Part shown: one piece after another, positions 39,507 to 50,632 of the stretch
Position numbering within the stretch: the stretch's first letter is position 1
Layout of the letters: every line of letters starts with the position of its first letter
Origin: a virus
Reading direction: 5' to 3' (one strand)
IMG/VR virus record: IMGVR_UViG_3300045988_109438
Length of the DNA stretch: 64,000 nt
Notes under the pieces: model-generated
The model's input: the letters and a program-made list of their open reading frames with translations, nothing else
Told to the model about the DNA's origin: nothing
Databases searched by the model: none
Made by a program: the position numbers and the translations under genes

Positions 39507-39753
39507 CTTTCGTATCCGACTTGGATCCCCTATTAGCTTTTACTGATTTATACCTAAGACCGTTCTTGGTATGAGAACAATCCTTGCCTTTCCTCCAGCC
39601 CTTGCCCTTCTTCTTGTCCGTTTCGTAGTTTTTACGACCAAGCTCCCGGCGTTTGGCTTTCTGTTCCGGTCTGGCATTTATCTCCTTGTCCTTTTTAGCC
39701 TTTTTCTTCCTGGCTTCTGGATGAGTCCTGTAGTACTCTGTTGATCTGCCCAT
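39475..39753 (-). CDS. highly basic Lys/Arg-rich small protein
   Basis: ORF overlapping dnaB-like start by 32 nt. Confidence 0.35.
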   Translation of the reverse strand: MGRSTEYYRTHPEARKKKAKKDKEINARPEQKAKRRELGRKNYETDKKKGKGWRKGKDCSHTKNGLRYKSVKANRGSKSDTKGDKNARGDSK

Positions 39754-39805
39754 GTGCTTATATTTTTTTTGATTAATAATAGCACAAAGATAGGCAATTC
39801 GCGCC

Positions 39806-40372
39806 CTATTTCAACCTGCCGTAGCTCATATCAGGATCACACCAGACATACCCATCTTTCTCATCATGGAGATACTCAGGACATCCTCTACATGCGCTAC
39901 TTCCTGACACTATTTGATTGTTCTTATTAGGGCACTTATCTCCAGGCTTATGCCATTCTATTCTCGAACCTGATCGTTCTTTGTTTACATGACAGAACTG
40001 AAAGACTTTTCCCATCGTCTTCTCGCCAAACATACCTATATGTGTGTACTCTTCCGGTATAGATAGAAATTCAGATAAATCTTTATACATCCTTTCCCGT
40101 TCCTCCGGCGTAGACCATAATCTGTCAAGTTCGGCATGGACTCTTATCTTAAGAGACCTCAGTGATGGCCCCGCAAGCCGGCCTTTAGCTTTTCCCTTAT
40201 TCGGCCCTGATTCATGAACACCGACATAAGCGTTGCATGGTTTGCACATCATAACCATCCCTAAGCCTTTTCTGCTATATATTTTATCGGCATTTACCAG
40301 CTCAGTTTCTCTTCCGCAATAAGGACAAATTTCGCCTCTTAAAACCCGTTGTTGGCGCTCATTAAGTTCCAT
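39806..40372 (-). CDS. zinc-ribbon protein
   Basis: CPYCG...CKPC, CRGC. Confidence 0.45.
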   Translation of the reverse strand: MELNERQQRVLRGEICPYCGRETELVNADKIYSRKGLGMVMMCKPCNAYVGVHESGPNKGKAKGRLAGPSLRSLKIRVHAELDRLWSTPEERERMYKDLSEFLSIPEEYTHIGMFGEKTMGKVFQFCHVNKERSGSRIEWHKPGDKCPNKNNQIVSGSSACRGCPEYLHDEKDGYVWCDPDMSYGRLK

Positions 40373-40614
40373 ACCCTATTCTTTTGTTTTTCTTTAAACT
40401 TTTCATACAAACTGCTTTCAGTTTCCATTTCTGAGATCTCTACCTCTACGTCCTCTCTTTTGAAAATTACTTTCTTGGCTGTCGGATACGCACATTTAGA
40501 GATACGAATAGCATTACGAATAGCGTAAACAAAATACGTTTCTGGTGACGATTCGATCACCACTACCTCATTTAAAGTATTTTTATAATTTTCCATATTA
40601 TCTGCTTGCTTCAA
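40339..40614 (-). CDS. hypothetical protein
   Basis: ORF. Confidence 0.4.
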   Translation of the reverse strand: MKQADNMENYKNTLNEVVVIESSPETYFVYAIRNAIRISKCAYPTAKKVIFKREDVEVEISEMETESSLYEKFKEKQKNRVWNLMSANNGF

Positions 40615-40951
40615 TTATATAACCCGGATGATCTTCACACGCCTCTTTGTATTTGATAAGAAACTTAAGAAATGAATCATAAGACCCCCATCCGTTTTCT
40701 GGTTCGTATCTCAAAAGACTCTTTCTCTTGGAGATCATAATATATATACCTTTTGTGAGTATCTTCACCATCTCCTTAGTATCTATTTCCCTGCCCAATT
40801 CTTCCGGTCTCCAAACATAATCGTATAGTGTTTCTTTGTTTTCTGATACGAATATTTTTTGTGCCATCTTGTTCATGTTGTGGGTGATGTTTGCAACCCA
40901 TTTACGATCCTCTTCTTTCTTCTTGCTCTTAATATAAACGTCCAGGCTCAT
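40598..40951 (-). CDS. hypothetical protein
   Basis: ORF. Confidence 0.4.
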   Translation of the reverse strand: MSLDVYIKSKKKEEDRKWVANITHNMNKMAQKIFVSENKETLYDYVWRPEELGREIDTKEMVKILTKGIYIMISKRKSLLRYEPENGWGSYDSFLKFLIKYKEACEDHPGYIIEASR

Positions 40952-41942
40952 AATATTTCTCTTTTACTTTGTTATTAATTATCAAATCTGCCACATCATC
41001 TCCGTCCCCTACATTCTCAACACTCTGAAGATAGTCCGATACTTTTATCCTTGACTTCATCATCATCCCATCTATCTTTTTACTCCATGTGTCAAATGCT
41101 TGTCCTTTGTCCGGAAAAGCTACAGTCTTTCTATCTTTTAAAACATCTATCACTTCCGGTCTTAAGTTCTGCAACCCACCGGTAGCTACAAACAACTCAT
41201 CTGGTTTATTCACGGCGCATATAATAGCCGTCTTTTCTGACTCCACCAAATTAACTACCTTATCTGGATACTGGCTTAGAAGATGTTCTCCAAACAGGCA
41301 TTGTCTAAACAAGAAGTCTCTTGCATGCAACGAGTGATAAAACATGACATGAGGTCGCTCATTGTCACCGTCTTTTTCCTTCACTCTTTTTACATCAATC
41401 TCATTCCCCTGGCTGTCGGTCTTTATATAAAAATCCATAATCTTGCCGGTTCTGCATACAAAGTCCTTATCTATCTGCCAGAATATACAACACCCTTTCC
41501 ATCCCCATAAGTCCATTGTTCCAACATGATACCTTCTAAATACGTCAGATACCCTTTCTTTTCCCCATAGAGACGATAAAAATCTAAATACGGTGTTTCT
41601 ATCGTCTGGAACTACAGTCCTCTCAAACTCGCTAAAAGGTATGTAATTTACAACGTCAGGATTTACAGGAGGACGATAAGCTCTTATGCACTTATTTCCC
41701 GAAATCCAAAGATCTTTGTCACCTACATCCTTGCCGGTAGGTCGTTTATCATAACCGCAAGTTCGTTCATGATCGCATCTTCCAAACTCATTGCCAACGA
41801 CCTGACCGGTCGCCACATCAATATAAGGGGTAAGGCACCGGCTTTTCCCGCAAGCCGGGCAGGTTAGCTTCAGTCGGCTCCTGCCAGGCCTGCGGTCAAG
41901 TTGAAACCGAGGTACGTTTTCGTATTTTCTAAAATCAAGCAT
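40929..41942 (-). CDS. putative DNA primase (N-terminal zinc-binding CPACG...CDHERTCG, TOPRIM-like LVESEKTAIICAV...FPDKG)
   Basis: Zinc motif plus E...DxG acidic motifs; position upstream of DnaB-like helicase. Confidence 0.5.
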   Translation of the reverse strand: MLDFRKYENVPRFQLDRRPGRSRLKLTCPACGKSRCLTPYIDVATGQVVGNEFGRCDHERTCGYDKRPTGKDVGDKDLWISGNKCIRAYRPPVNPDVVNYIPFSEFERTVVPDDRNTVFRFLSSLWGKERVSDVFRRYHVGTMDLWGWKGCCIFWQIDKDFVCRTGKIMDFYIKTDSQGNEIDVKRVKEKDGDNERPHVMFYHSLHARDFLFRQCLFGEHLLSQYPDKVVNLVESEKTAIICAVNKPDELFVATGGLQNLRPEVIDVLKDRKTVAFPDKGQAFDTWSKKIDGMMMKSRIKVSDYLQSVENVGDGDDVADLIINNKVKEKYYEPGRLY

Positions 41943-41964
41943 CCTTAGCTCCTCTCATTGCTTT

Positions 41965-43293
41965 TTATATCATGAACCTTTTAGATATTTCCTCTGCAAT
42001 ATCATATACAACCGTATGATCCTCTTCATTGTATGGTTTATTGATATTCAACACTCCTTTTCTCACTTTGAATTTCTTATCTTTTCTAAGGTGATTCAAC
42101 ATACCTTGTTGGAACACACAGTCCGCCTTTTCAAGTGCTACACTGTCTTCTGTCCATTCTTTCAGCGTATATCCTTTACTGCTCGTGCTTTTTGGAGAAA
42201 AGTTCATAATACGTGCATCAATGCCATACCATGCTTTAACCATTCTTCTTTCAGCTTCCAATTGGAATGCATATGATTCCCATATTCCTCCCGATTTAAA
42301 GTCAAGAATGACCACTTCTTCTTTTTCCACTTCTCTTACTTCCTTCTTCGGATCACCTTTTTTGAACTGTCCGGTAGCCCTTTGATACACGGCTCCAAAA
42401 TAACCTTCTTCTTTGTATTTGAATGTCATTTTAACCATCGCATCAATAGGTGTTGCTACAAGGTAATCCTCTAAAGAAAGGATTCTTTCTATCATCATCG
42501 GTTTCACCTTGTAATCAGAACAGAATTTGGCAAACTTCATGACCCTGACAATCATATCGTCAAGATCATCTATGCTATTAAAGAACCGATCAAGATTTTT
42601 CTTAGATATCTTCAGCTTGCCTTCTTGCACTGTCTTAATCACAAAGCTTCGATTTAAGACCATATCTCTACCTGTTAGGTACAATCCGTATAAGTAGTGC
42701 ATGATCGTTCCCTTATCGGCTTCATACTGCGCTACCTCTTCTGGATTGCGACCAAGCATCTTTATCTCTTGCTTCCATTCCTGAAGTGCTGTCTTATCAT
42801 CTACATACCCATCTTTGATTAAAGTTGTTACCGAAGCATATATCTTAGCCGTCCCATCATCCATCTTTCTTACATAAAAACGATTATCGTCTAATGTCAA
42901 TCTTACGAATTTGGGGGTCTCAATCTTCTTTAACTCATCACAGATATAAAACGGCTCTAATGTTTCCTGATTTTCTGTAAACGGATTCGAATCTTCTTCT
43001 CCAGGGTTAGGAGCGGCTTCCTCCGCCTGAGCTTCCGGTTCCTCCTTCTGGACCGGCTCTGGCTCAGGCGCCGGCTCTTTAACTACTGGAACCTGTCCGC
43101 CTCTTTCTGCTATGTCTCTGTTCTTTATTAAAGACATAACCTCCTTCTTCAACTGCTCTGGTGTTTGGTTAGGATCTGACACCGACATCACAACATCGTT
43201 CATTCTAAACAACGTATTTCCCTCTCCTTTCACCATAGGTACAAACCCTAAATCTATTAATATTTTAATCTTTTCTTCTATCATACCTATCAA
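41965..43293 (-). CDS. putative PD-(D/E)XK-type nuclease (ILDFKSGG motif) with acidic Pro/Glu-rich linker
   Basis: EEVVILDFKSG resembles ExK motif of RecB/lambda-exo family; weak. Confidence 0.4.
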   Translation of the reverse strand: MIGMIEEKIKILIDLGFVPMVKGEGNTLFRMNDVVMSVSDPNQTPEQLKKEVMSLIKNRDIAERGGQVPVVKEPAPEPEPVQKEEPEAQAEEAAPNPGEEDSNPFTENQETLEPFYICDELKKIETPKFVRLTLDDNRFYVRKMDDGTAKIYASVTTLIKDGYVDDKTALQEWKQEIKMLGRNPEEVAQYEADKGTIMHYLYGLYLTGRDMVLNRSFVIKTVQEGKLKISKKNLDRFFNSIDDLDDMIVRVMKFAKFCSDYKVKPMMIERILSLEDYLVATPIDAMVKMTFKYKEEGYFGAVYQRATGQFKKGDPKKEVREVEKEEVVILDFKSGGIWESYAFQLEAERRMVKAWYGIDARIMNFSPKSTSSKGYTLKEWTEDSVALEKADCVFQQGMLNHLRKDKKFKVRKGVLNINKPYNEEDHTVVYDIAEEISKRFMI

Positions 43294-43783
43294 TTATTTC
43301 AATAATCAACCTACCTCTTTCCTTGATCATTCCTCTGCTTTCCATATCCAGTACCTTCTTTACCGCATACTTCCACACAAAAGGAAATTCTGTTTCAAGT
43401 TTATCAAATTCCATCCGGTCAAGATACATGTCGAATACCGTATGCTCCGATTCATGAAGGAAAACTATATTATCCCTGCAAGTAGCAACTGACTTATATA
43501 TCCTTTTCGGAAGTATGTGACAGACGTTACATACTGTAGGAAAATGAATAGCCTTACCGGTCATAGACATCCGACTATTATTTAACTCTTCCAGCATAAG
43601 ACGAAAAAACCCGGATAAATCCGGGTTCTCTAACTTTTTCTTCTTGCTGCTGTTTTTAATGGATGTAATTCTGTCTTTTTTCTTCGGAGTCAACTCTTTA
43701 CTCTTGCAAGCCTGGCATAAGCCATGACTTCTTATCATCACTTTTCGTCCGCATCTTTCGCAGACGTACAATTTCTTTTCCAC
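43265..43783 (-). CDS. HNH endonuclease with N-terminal zinc ribbon
   Basis: CERCGRK...CQAC and CNVCHILPKR...NIVFLHESEH (H-N-H). Confidence 0.5.
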   Translation of the reverse strand: MEKKLYVCERCGRKVMIRSHGLCQACKSKELTPKKKDRITSIKNSSKKKKLENPDLSGFFRLMLEELNNSRMSMTGKAIHFPTVCNVCHILPKRIYKSVATCRDNIVFLHESEHTVFDMYLDRMEFDKLETEFPFVWKYAVKKVLDMESRGMIKERGRLIIEIIDRYDRRKD

Positions 43784-43968
43784 TCTCTATATTTCAATAC
43801 AAGTGATATAATTGAAAAGGATACTGCCGTTAAAGATAACGTATATGGTAAGTTCATTAACCATCTCGGTACTTCTTCGGTCTTAATCACTATCAACAAA
43901 GTAGCACCTGCTACTACCAATAATACAATTGCCGTCGCAAGTGCTACACGGGAAACAACATCACTCAT
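43738..43968 (-). CDS. small two-TM membrane protein
   Basis: Two hydrophobic helices; short overlaps with both neighbours. Confidence 0.4.
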   Translation of the reverse strand: MSDVVSRVALATAIVLLVVAGATLLIVIKTEEVPRWLMNLPYTLSLTAVSFSIISLVLKYREWKRNCTSAKDADEK

Positions 43969-44431
43969 CAGTTTTCTTTTCTCCCAATTTTTCTACACCT
44001 TTTTGCAGATCGTATTTAAACACTTCAATGATCTTTGTTTCAGCAATAGACTCGCAATTCCAGTCTCCCAACGTACCCTGCATACCTTTAGTCAACACAG
44101 CTTCGGCGTCTTTAGGATTGCCGGCTTGGACATACATATAGCATGGCGTTTTCTTTTCTTTACCTTTCTTTTCATCCAGTGTAATGTAATTCACCTTGCA
44201 CTTATACCAGTACTCAGCTTCTCCGTTGAAAAAGATTTCTGACACTTTAATAGGGTTAATTTTTACAACCTCGAAAGAATTGTACAAATCCTTAAAGATC
44301 TCCAACGATCTTGATTCTGCCTCTGTATAAGACAAGGCATCCACCAAATACTTTTCAGTTACTTTCTTTTTTTTGCCGTTCTCGATATTATCAATCTCGG
44401 CTTTTACCGTAATTTCAAACCAGCGATTCAT
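43961..44431 (-). CDS. hypothetical protein
   Basis: ORF. Confidence 0.45.
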   Translation of the reverse strand: MNRWFEITVKAEIDNIENGKKKKVTEKYLVDALSYTEAESRSLEIFKDLYNSFEVVKINPIKVSEIFFNGEAEYWYKCKVNYITLDEKKGKEKKTPCYMYVQAGNPKDAEAVLTKGMQGTLGDWNCESIAETKIIEVFKYDLQKGVEKLGEKKTDE

Positions 44432-44442
44432 TGTATTAATAT

Positions 44443-47400
44443 TTAATTAGTTGATTTCTTTCCTTTTTCTATACTGTTTTTAAATCTTTCAGAACACCAC
44501 TGCAAAACATCCATCATCATCATCTCATTATTAGATAAGATACCTTTTATAACTAAAGCCAGTTGACGAGGAGACATACGCTGACTCATATCAAACCTAC
44601 ATTCTTCTTCGTTTACTATCGTGATCACAAAATATTTGCAACCTTCTAAATGTATCAAGGCTTCAGCCATAGCCTCTTTAATCTTTTCTTCTTCCTCTTT
44701 CATGTTTCTTACTTTTCGGACAAAGATATGTCTTTTGTTGCTTAATAAGAAACAAAATGATTTAATGTAAATTAATTTTCTTCCGGGTCAACACCGATAG
44801 ACATATTGTATCTTTTCCTGATAAAGACTTCTGTTTCTTCATTAAACGGGTAGGCTTCTTTCAAGAAAGCCATAGCCCGCTCCGCATCTTTATCTGCTAT
44901 CTCAATATATCTCTCGAAAGTCATGCAAAGGTCGATGTTGTACGCACGCTCCTGTTTTATCTTGTCCACGTATTTCAACACTCGGCTTCTTATGTTGTTG
45001 GCTTCCTCTACCGTCTTATTAAATGATCCTATTTTTTCTGATTCAGGATCATTGTTTTCTTTGTTAACTCTTTCAAATTCTTCATTGGTGTATCCTACGC
45101 AACCCTCTACTGCCGGCACGACGCCCTCGTTTATGACGTTTAACCTCTCATAAGATCGGTTTAAATACTTTGAATTCACTTTAAAAGCCCTGGACCCGAC
45201 CAGTAAATTCGCCACCTCTGTAGCGTCCTCTATCTTTCTAAATCCTACACCTATGTCTTTAATGACAAATATCGGAACCCCGCAATCCGGGTACACAACT
45301 TCCTTTTCGTTCTTTATATTCCAATTTTTAGCTTCAATTGGAATACCCTTACCAGCAAGCTCTTTGTCTATATACAGACTTATCTCTTCGTCTGTCAATG
45401 CCACAATCTCATCTCTGCTTAAATCAAAAACTGTTTTCATTTCTTTTTATTTATTAAATTAAACAATCTACCTCTTTGTTCAGGCTCCGTATATTCTACC
45501 CATATATCGGCTGCCACATTTCTAAGAAATTCCATAAAGTCATGATGATCCCTGTATTCAATAGAATCGACTTTTCTCACAAAACTTAGGATTTCCTTTA
45601 ACATCTTATTGTTTTCTTCAAGAAGCTCTCTGTCGGTCATAACCTTTCAAATTTTCTTCTTAATTTATTCATTCTTCTATTTTCTTTAAAACAAGGAAAT
45701 GGCTTATCTTTTACCGATAAATAACCATCTTGAATACAGTCGCTTATAGCTTTAGAGGATAGTATTTTTACTAATTTTGTACCCGATCTATCATTAGGAT
45801 CGTCAAGTCCTAAAACGTTTTGCATTCCGGTATTAGACCTCGCCTCTACGAATTAAATAACATTCTCCTTTTTTATTAGGATGCTTCTTAAACGGATCTT
45901 TTGGCAAATATATGTATTCATACTTATCAGTACATTTTTTTTGTTTCTCCAAATTGGATGAAGTGTTTTTCCTTTTTTGTCTCATAACTCTAACTTTTAA
46001 AAATGAATAATTAATTGAGTATATAATTACCTAAGGTAATAGATCATCCAAATAAGCCCATGATTCCATTTCATCTAATCTGCATAAAATACATCCTGGA
46101 CGGCTGGATATAAAAGTTCTGTTCTCTTCCAATATACCCATAATTGGATTCTTTGATCCTATTGTTGATTTCTTAGGGAGAAACACAATAAAACGGTGGC
46201 AATCTGGAATTACTGTTATAGAATGCCATACGCTGTTAATGCGCCACTCTGCACCAGCTTTAAAAAGAGGAACAGCATATTCTATATCTTGTTTCATGTC
46301 TTATTATTGTTTAATTAATTTAAATATTTTTAGTTTTGAAATTATTTAATATGCTTATCGGCTGGATTGATTATCAATCCATCGTCACATGAAGGGAATG
46401 ATATGTTAGATTCTCCATTATCAAGATTAGTCAGTTTAACCGTTCCAGCATATTCATCATCCACAAAAAACAATTGACCCGAAGAAACCACAAACCTGCA
46501 TTGATATGCATTCATCATTGCTCCAAGCTGTCTAATCTTAGTTTTAATCTCTAAAAGTTGAGCGTTGTTGATTATATTCTTATTCATATTTTATTAAAGT
46601 TTATCTATTATTTTGTCACCCATTTCCTGCCATTCATCACTCACGCTTATAACCAATCCTATGACAGTGAATGATAATAACAACGTAAAAATAAGCCATA
46701 ACAGAAAGCAGATAAAAACACATACACACCTCATGATTTTTTTAGTTGTTAGATAAAAGCAAAATCGGTTCATTTGACCCCGCAATTGCTTTTATTTGTT
46801 CTGGATTGATAAAACTCTTAACTTGTTCGCTTATATTACAAATGGACTTGATCATATCAACGAATAATTTCGAGGTACATTCGTTACACTCCACTTCCAT
46901 TACCTGTTTATATCTATTGTATGATATGCTCGTTACACAATTCAGCCAGTGCGCATAGGTTCCTTTTTCTGTATTTAACCTGCTGTATTCTACTTTTGTC
47001 TCTCCATTTCCATATTCAATTACTCTTTTTAGAAATGGTTTTGCATAAACACTAAAACCGAAAGGTTGGGCGTTTAAGGCATCTAAAACGGGAAGTTCCA
47101 TCCCTCCATTCTCCATTTTCATCGCCTCCTGTCCATTCCTTAGAGGGGTTAGGGACAATATTTCCGTTTTTGTCATATGAAAACGTGCAATTCGTTTCCA
47201 GTTGATACTTAATAACAGGCACTTCTTCTACTATTTTATAACTCAAACATCTCTTCAGAACTTCCCTGATTTGACTTTCCAAATCAGAAAGTGCTATACT
47301 ATTGAAATATCCTTCGTTGCCTAATCTGTTTGTAGGTAATTTGATCCCATAAGAATGAATCTTGTCCACATCTTCTTTTGACAAGGTAGTGGTAAACACT

Positions 47401-48478
47401 CCTTCTTTGGTGACATTCACTTTAGCAGTTACAGACAAACTGTTATTAGCGTTCTTTTCCGTTATATTTAGTGTTGTTAATGCTGCCATAATCAGATCTT
47501 TTTAAAATCAATTCGAATAAATATAATACATTCCTGCTTCATATACCTTATGTACATCAGGGTCATTCTTGTCTTCCGGTTCCAATTCACTCTCTTCACA
47601 AGTATAATCCCATTCAGAGTTGTAGTACATATCCTCGTCTGTTTTCTCCAAGGAACAATCTTTCATTAGATTCATATTTTCTCCCCATACTGCAACTTCT
47701 TGTCGTTGCTCTTCTTCTGTCATAAGGGATATTTTGTCTTTTAATTCTTTCCAGGTCATGATTTCTAAAATATGATCAATAATTCATTCTACATCAAAAA
47801 GTTGATCTAACACCAATAATTCTGCATCCATATCTTCATCTTTCGGGAAACGAACTTTTATGTTTCCGAACTTAGATGTCTTAAACAAGATGTAGGGGTT
47901 CATGTCTTCGGCGGTCACCGGCTTATATTCCTTAACTTCCGACATCTTGAGATACCAGTCGCCTATTTTTACAAATCCGGAGAAGACAGAACACAGATGC
48001 GCTTTTACAGACTGTATCTCCTTTTTATCTTTGAAAGGTATAATTTCGTCCTTTCCCCTTATCCTGATTGACAGAAAAGGACGAATGTTATCTGTTTCAT
48101 TTTGGAACTTGAAGCCTGTTATAGCTTGCTTGGGGATTCTTCTTCCCATTAATATAAAATAGCTCATTGTGATAAGTGATTTTGTTTTATGTTAGGTAAG
48201 TAATTTGTAATAACATCAAGTGATATCCATAACTCTGGCTCTATGCTGTTTTTTATTCTATCACTGAAAAGAGAATTATCATCACAATCACAATGAGAGA
48301 TTGTGATATAACAATCTTGATAATCCCACCAATGAGCCGATTTAAAATCGTCTCCTCCATTCCAAAACCCTATTCTTATACCTCTTGGGTTGAAATCTTC
48401 ATCTATCCAACTTGGGTGATAAGCCAACACTTCTTCTCCCTCTGAAGGTTTTTCCTCTTTGTATTTCTTCCAGTCCAT
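44443..48478 (-). other. cluster of ~14 small minus-strand early ORFs (60-220 aa) of unknown function, tightly packed/overlapping
   Basis: Contiguous ORF chain in ORF track (44443..44703, 44772..45440, 45437..45640, 45637..45825, 46031..46297, 46342..46587, 46594..46785, 46742..47176, 47052..47489, 47508..47759, 47784..48167, 48164..48478). Confidence 0.4.
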
Positions 48479-48489
48479 TTCACTTTTAA

Positions 48490-49287
48490 TTAGTTAGATA
48501 CAAATATACAAGTTTTACTAAGATACCCTTCTGTCATCTCTATAAAGTTCACACAATCTAATTTGCTTAACTTGTAAATCAATGCCGGATTGTGTACTAT
48601 GGCTATAATTTGTGTTTGTGGTTTATGGAATGACAATACATTATAAATTTGCATTATGTTGTCAATGTCAAGATTCCTATCTGGCTCATCCATGAGAACC
48701 GTGTATTCAAAACTGCTTTCTGTTAATGTTATGCGGTTTCTTTCATAATACTTCAACAGGTTATCAATTCTTTTAATCCAAAACGCATTTGATTTTTTCT
48801 TGTATTCTACAAGATCTTGTATTGGAAACGTATAATCCTTTTGACCGAACATTAAATTGAAAAGTGATTCCAATGATAACACCACTTTCTCTCCATAAGA
48901 TCTTCGAATATTATTCACATACAAATCTAAGTTGCTGATGTTTTTCAATACGCTATCTCGATTCATCTCCGCCGATGGCAATAAACGGAATACTTTCCCT
49001 GCATAATCGGATGATATGTCAATCCCATCAAGAACCTTGTCATCATCATCAAATATAGGTGGAAAATCCAGCGCCTCAGCCGGCATTTCAGAGCACATGG
49101 ACTTCTCGCATAACGCATACATTGATATGATGTTAAGCAAAGTTGATTTTCCACTACCGTTTTTACCTATAATTACATTCACTCCTGGCTTGAAAATAAA
49201 TTCTTTACCATTTTCAAACGCTTCTATGTCCGAAGCATATTCAAATGGAGTTTTTGTATTGTCTTTTATTTTTACTGATGTTATCAT
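48490..49287 (-). CDS. ABC-type (RecF/SMC-like, AAA_21-type) ATPase
   Basis: Walker A GKNGSGKST, signature-like SYGEKVVLSL, Walker B VLMDEPD, H-loop IVHNP. Confidence 0.65.
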   Translation of the reverse strand: MITSVKIKDNTKTPFEYASDIEAFENGKEFIFKPGVNVIIGKNGSGKSTLLNIISMYALCEKSMCSEMPAEALDFPPIFDDDDKVLDGIDISSDYAGKVFRLLPSAEMNRDSVLKNISNLDLYVNNIRRSYGEKVVLSLESLFNLMFGQKDYTFPIQDLVEYKKKSNAFWIKRIDNLLKYYERNRITLTESSFEYTVLMDEPDRNLDIDNIMQIYNVLSFHKPQTQIIAIVHNPALIYKLSKLDCVNFIEMTEGYLSKTCIFVSN

Positions 49288-49298
49288 TGTAATCCTTT

Positions 49299-50153
49299 TT
49301 AAAAATCAATTACCGCCCGAACCATGTCTCCGATGTGCTTGTTGCCGGTGCCCGTGAGGCCACTGGAGAAGACCACGTACCACGCGACGGCCTGGCTGCT
49401 CTCAGTACTGGACCAATACCACGTCGAGGAGAGGGGAGATGCCGAAACATAAGTGAATGCTTTGTTTAGTTCGTCCATATAATGGGCCATTAAATTTAAT
49501 TGACCAAGAGATGGTATATACTCGCCATCTTCCAGCAGATTTCTCAATTTTGGATTTCTGGTTACAAGGCGTTCCGTATTGCCGCGTCCGTCAATGTCAA
49601 ACAGCGCATCACATTCACGTTCGTAATATGTTCCACTTCCGGATTCTTCACGGCTATCATCGTCAAGCAATTGTATGATATCATGCTCCGTCAGTGAGAT
49701 TGCAAATGACATGTATCTGTGCTTCAACCCAATGTATCGTACACAATCTTTGGAGTTATCGCCGGTAAACGGCTCTGCATGTCCGTCTTTGTAGATTATA
49801 TACAGTCCGTCAGTTGACTCTTTCTTATCCTCTTCGGATGGTACTCTGTTTTCACATGTACATTTCTCACTTTTGGATCTTACGATTATATTCAACTCAT
49901 TTAATACATGATTCCTGATGACGCTCTCGCACGCTTTTCTTACAAAATCATGATCTCTTCGTTTGAGTTCATCATTCACCATGCATCTGATCCAGTTTTC
50001 TATCTGGTTGTCACCTCCATATGTATTAACCATGTACCGTTTTACGTGTTTCTCCAATAACGGCTCTATGTTTTTGATTATATCTTCTTTGGTAAGGTGA
50101 AGTTCATTTAATATACAGTTCCTTACTGCCTTGTATTCTTTACTTGTGCTCAT
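49299..50153 (-). CDS. protein with C-terminal DUF1566 (Lcl-like) domain
   Basis: TWYWSSTESSQAVAWYVVFSSGLTGTGNKHIGDMVRAV matches DUF1566 core (yWSS...aw.v.f..G...nk....vR.V). Confidence 0.45.
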   Translation of the reverse strand: MSTSKEYKAVRNCILNELHLTKEDIIKNIEPLLEKHVKRYMVNTYGGDNQIENWIRCMVNDELKRRDHDFVRKACESVIRNHVLNELNIIVRSKSEKCTCENRVPSEEDKKESTDGLYIIYKDGHAEPFTGDNSKDCVRYIGLKHRYMSFAISLTEHDIIQLLDDDSREESGSGTYYERECDALFDIDGRGNTERLVTRNPKLRNLLEDGEYIPSLGQLNLMAHYMDELNKAFTYVSASPLSSTWYWSSTESSQAVAWYVVFSSGLTGTGNKHIGDMVRAVIDF

Positions 50154-50164
50154 GATATGCCCAT

Positions 50165-50632
50165 TTAATACTGTGAATCATATTTTCTTTCTCTCCCGCT
50201 GTCTTCCCCTATAGGATTATCCCATCCGTATTTTACAGCCGTAGCTTTAAATAGAGGTAGCCCGTAAAATCCATAATCATCCTCATCCCAGTCTTCAAGA
50301 CCTTCTTCCAGGATGTAGTTCCACATCATTACACATTCAAACATTAAACTGGCTGATATTCCTCTCTGATTTAATGCCTTTTCAAAACCGAATCTTACAT
50401 CTTCTTCAAGCTGTTTCAAAACATTCTCCCTGGTAAATTCAACTACAGTACTGTTCCACCTTTCTTCGTTATTGTATTCTTCGTTCGGCTCCATACCGAA
50501 ATCCTTTATCATGTTATATGGGATAAATTTAGCCAGTCTGTTAAAATCTCTACCGTCTAAACATTTTGATTCTAATTCTTTAAGTTGTTCTAATGTTTTC
50601 ATAAGCAATTTTGTTTTATAGGTTAATCCCAT
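50165..50632 (-). CDS. hypothetical acidic protein
   Basis: ORF. Confidence 0.45.
   Translation of the reverse strand: MGLTYKTKLLMKTLEQLKELESKCLDGRDFNRLAKFIPYNMIKDFGMEPNEEYNNEERWNSTVVEFTRENVLKQLEEDVRFGFEKALNQRGISASLMFECVMMWNYILEEGLEDWDEDDYGFYGLPLFKATAVKYGWDNPIGEDSGRERKYDSQY

Noticed and set aside
47052-47176. Programmed frameshift joining overlapping ORFs 47052..47489 and 46742..47176
   Set aside because: The required shift is +1 and the only homopolymer (CAAAAAC) is not a canonical slippery heptamer in the correct phase; more likely overlapping starts or an internal Met start.
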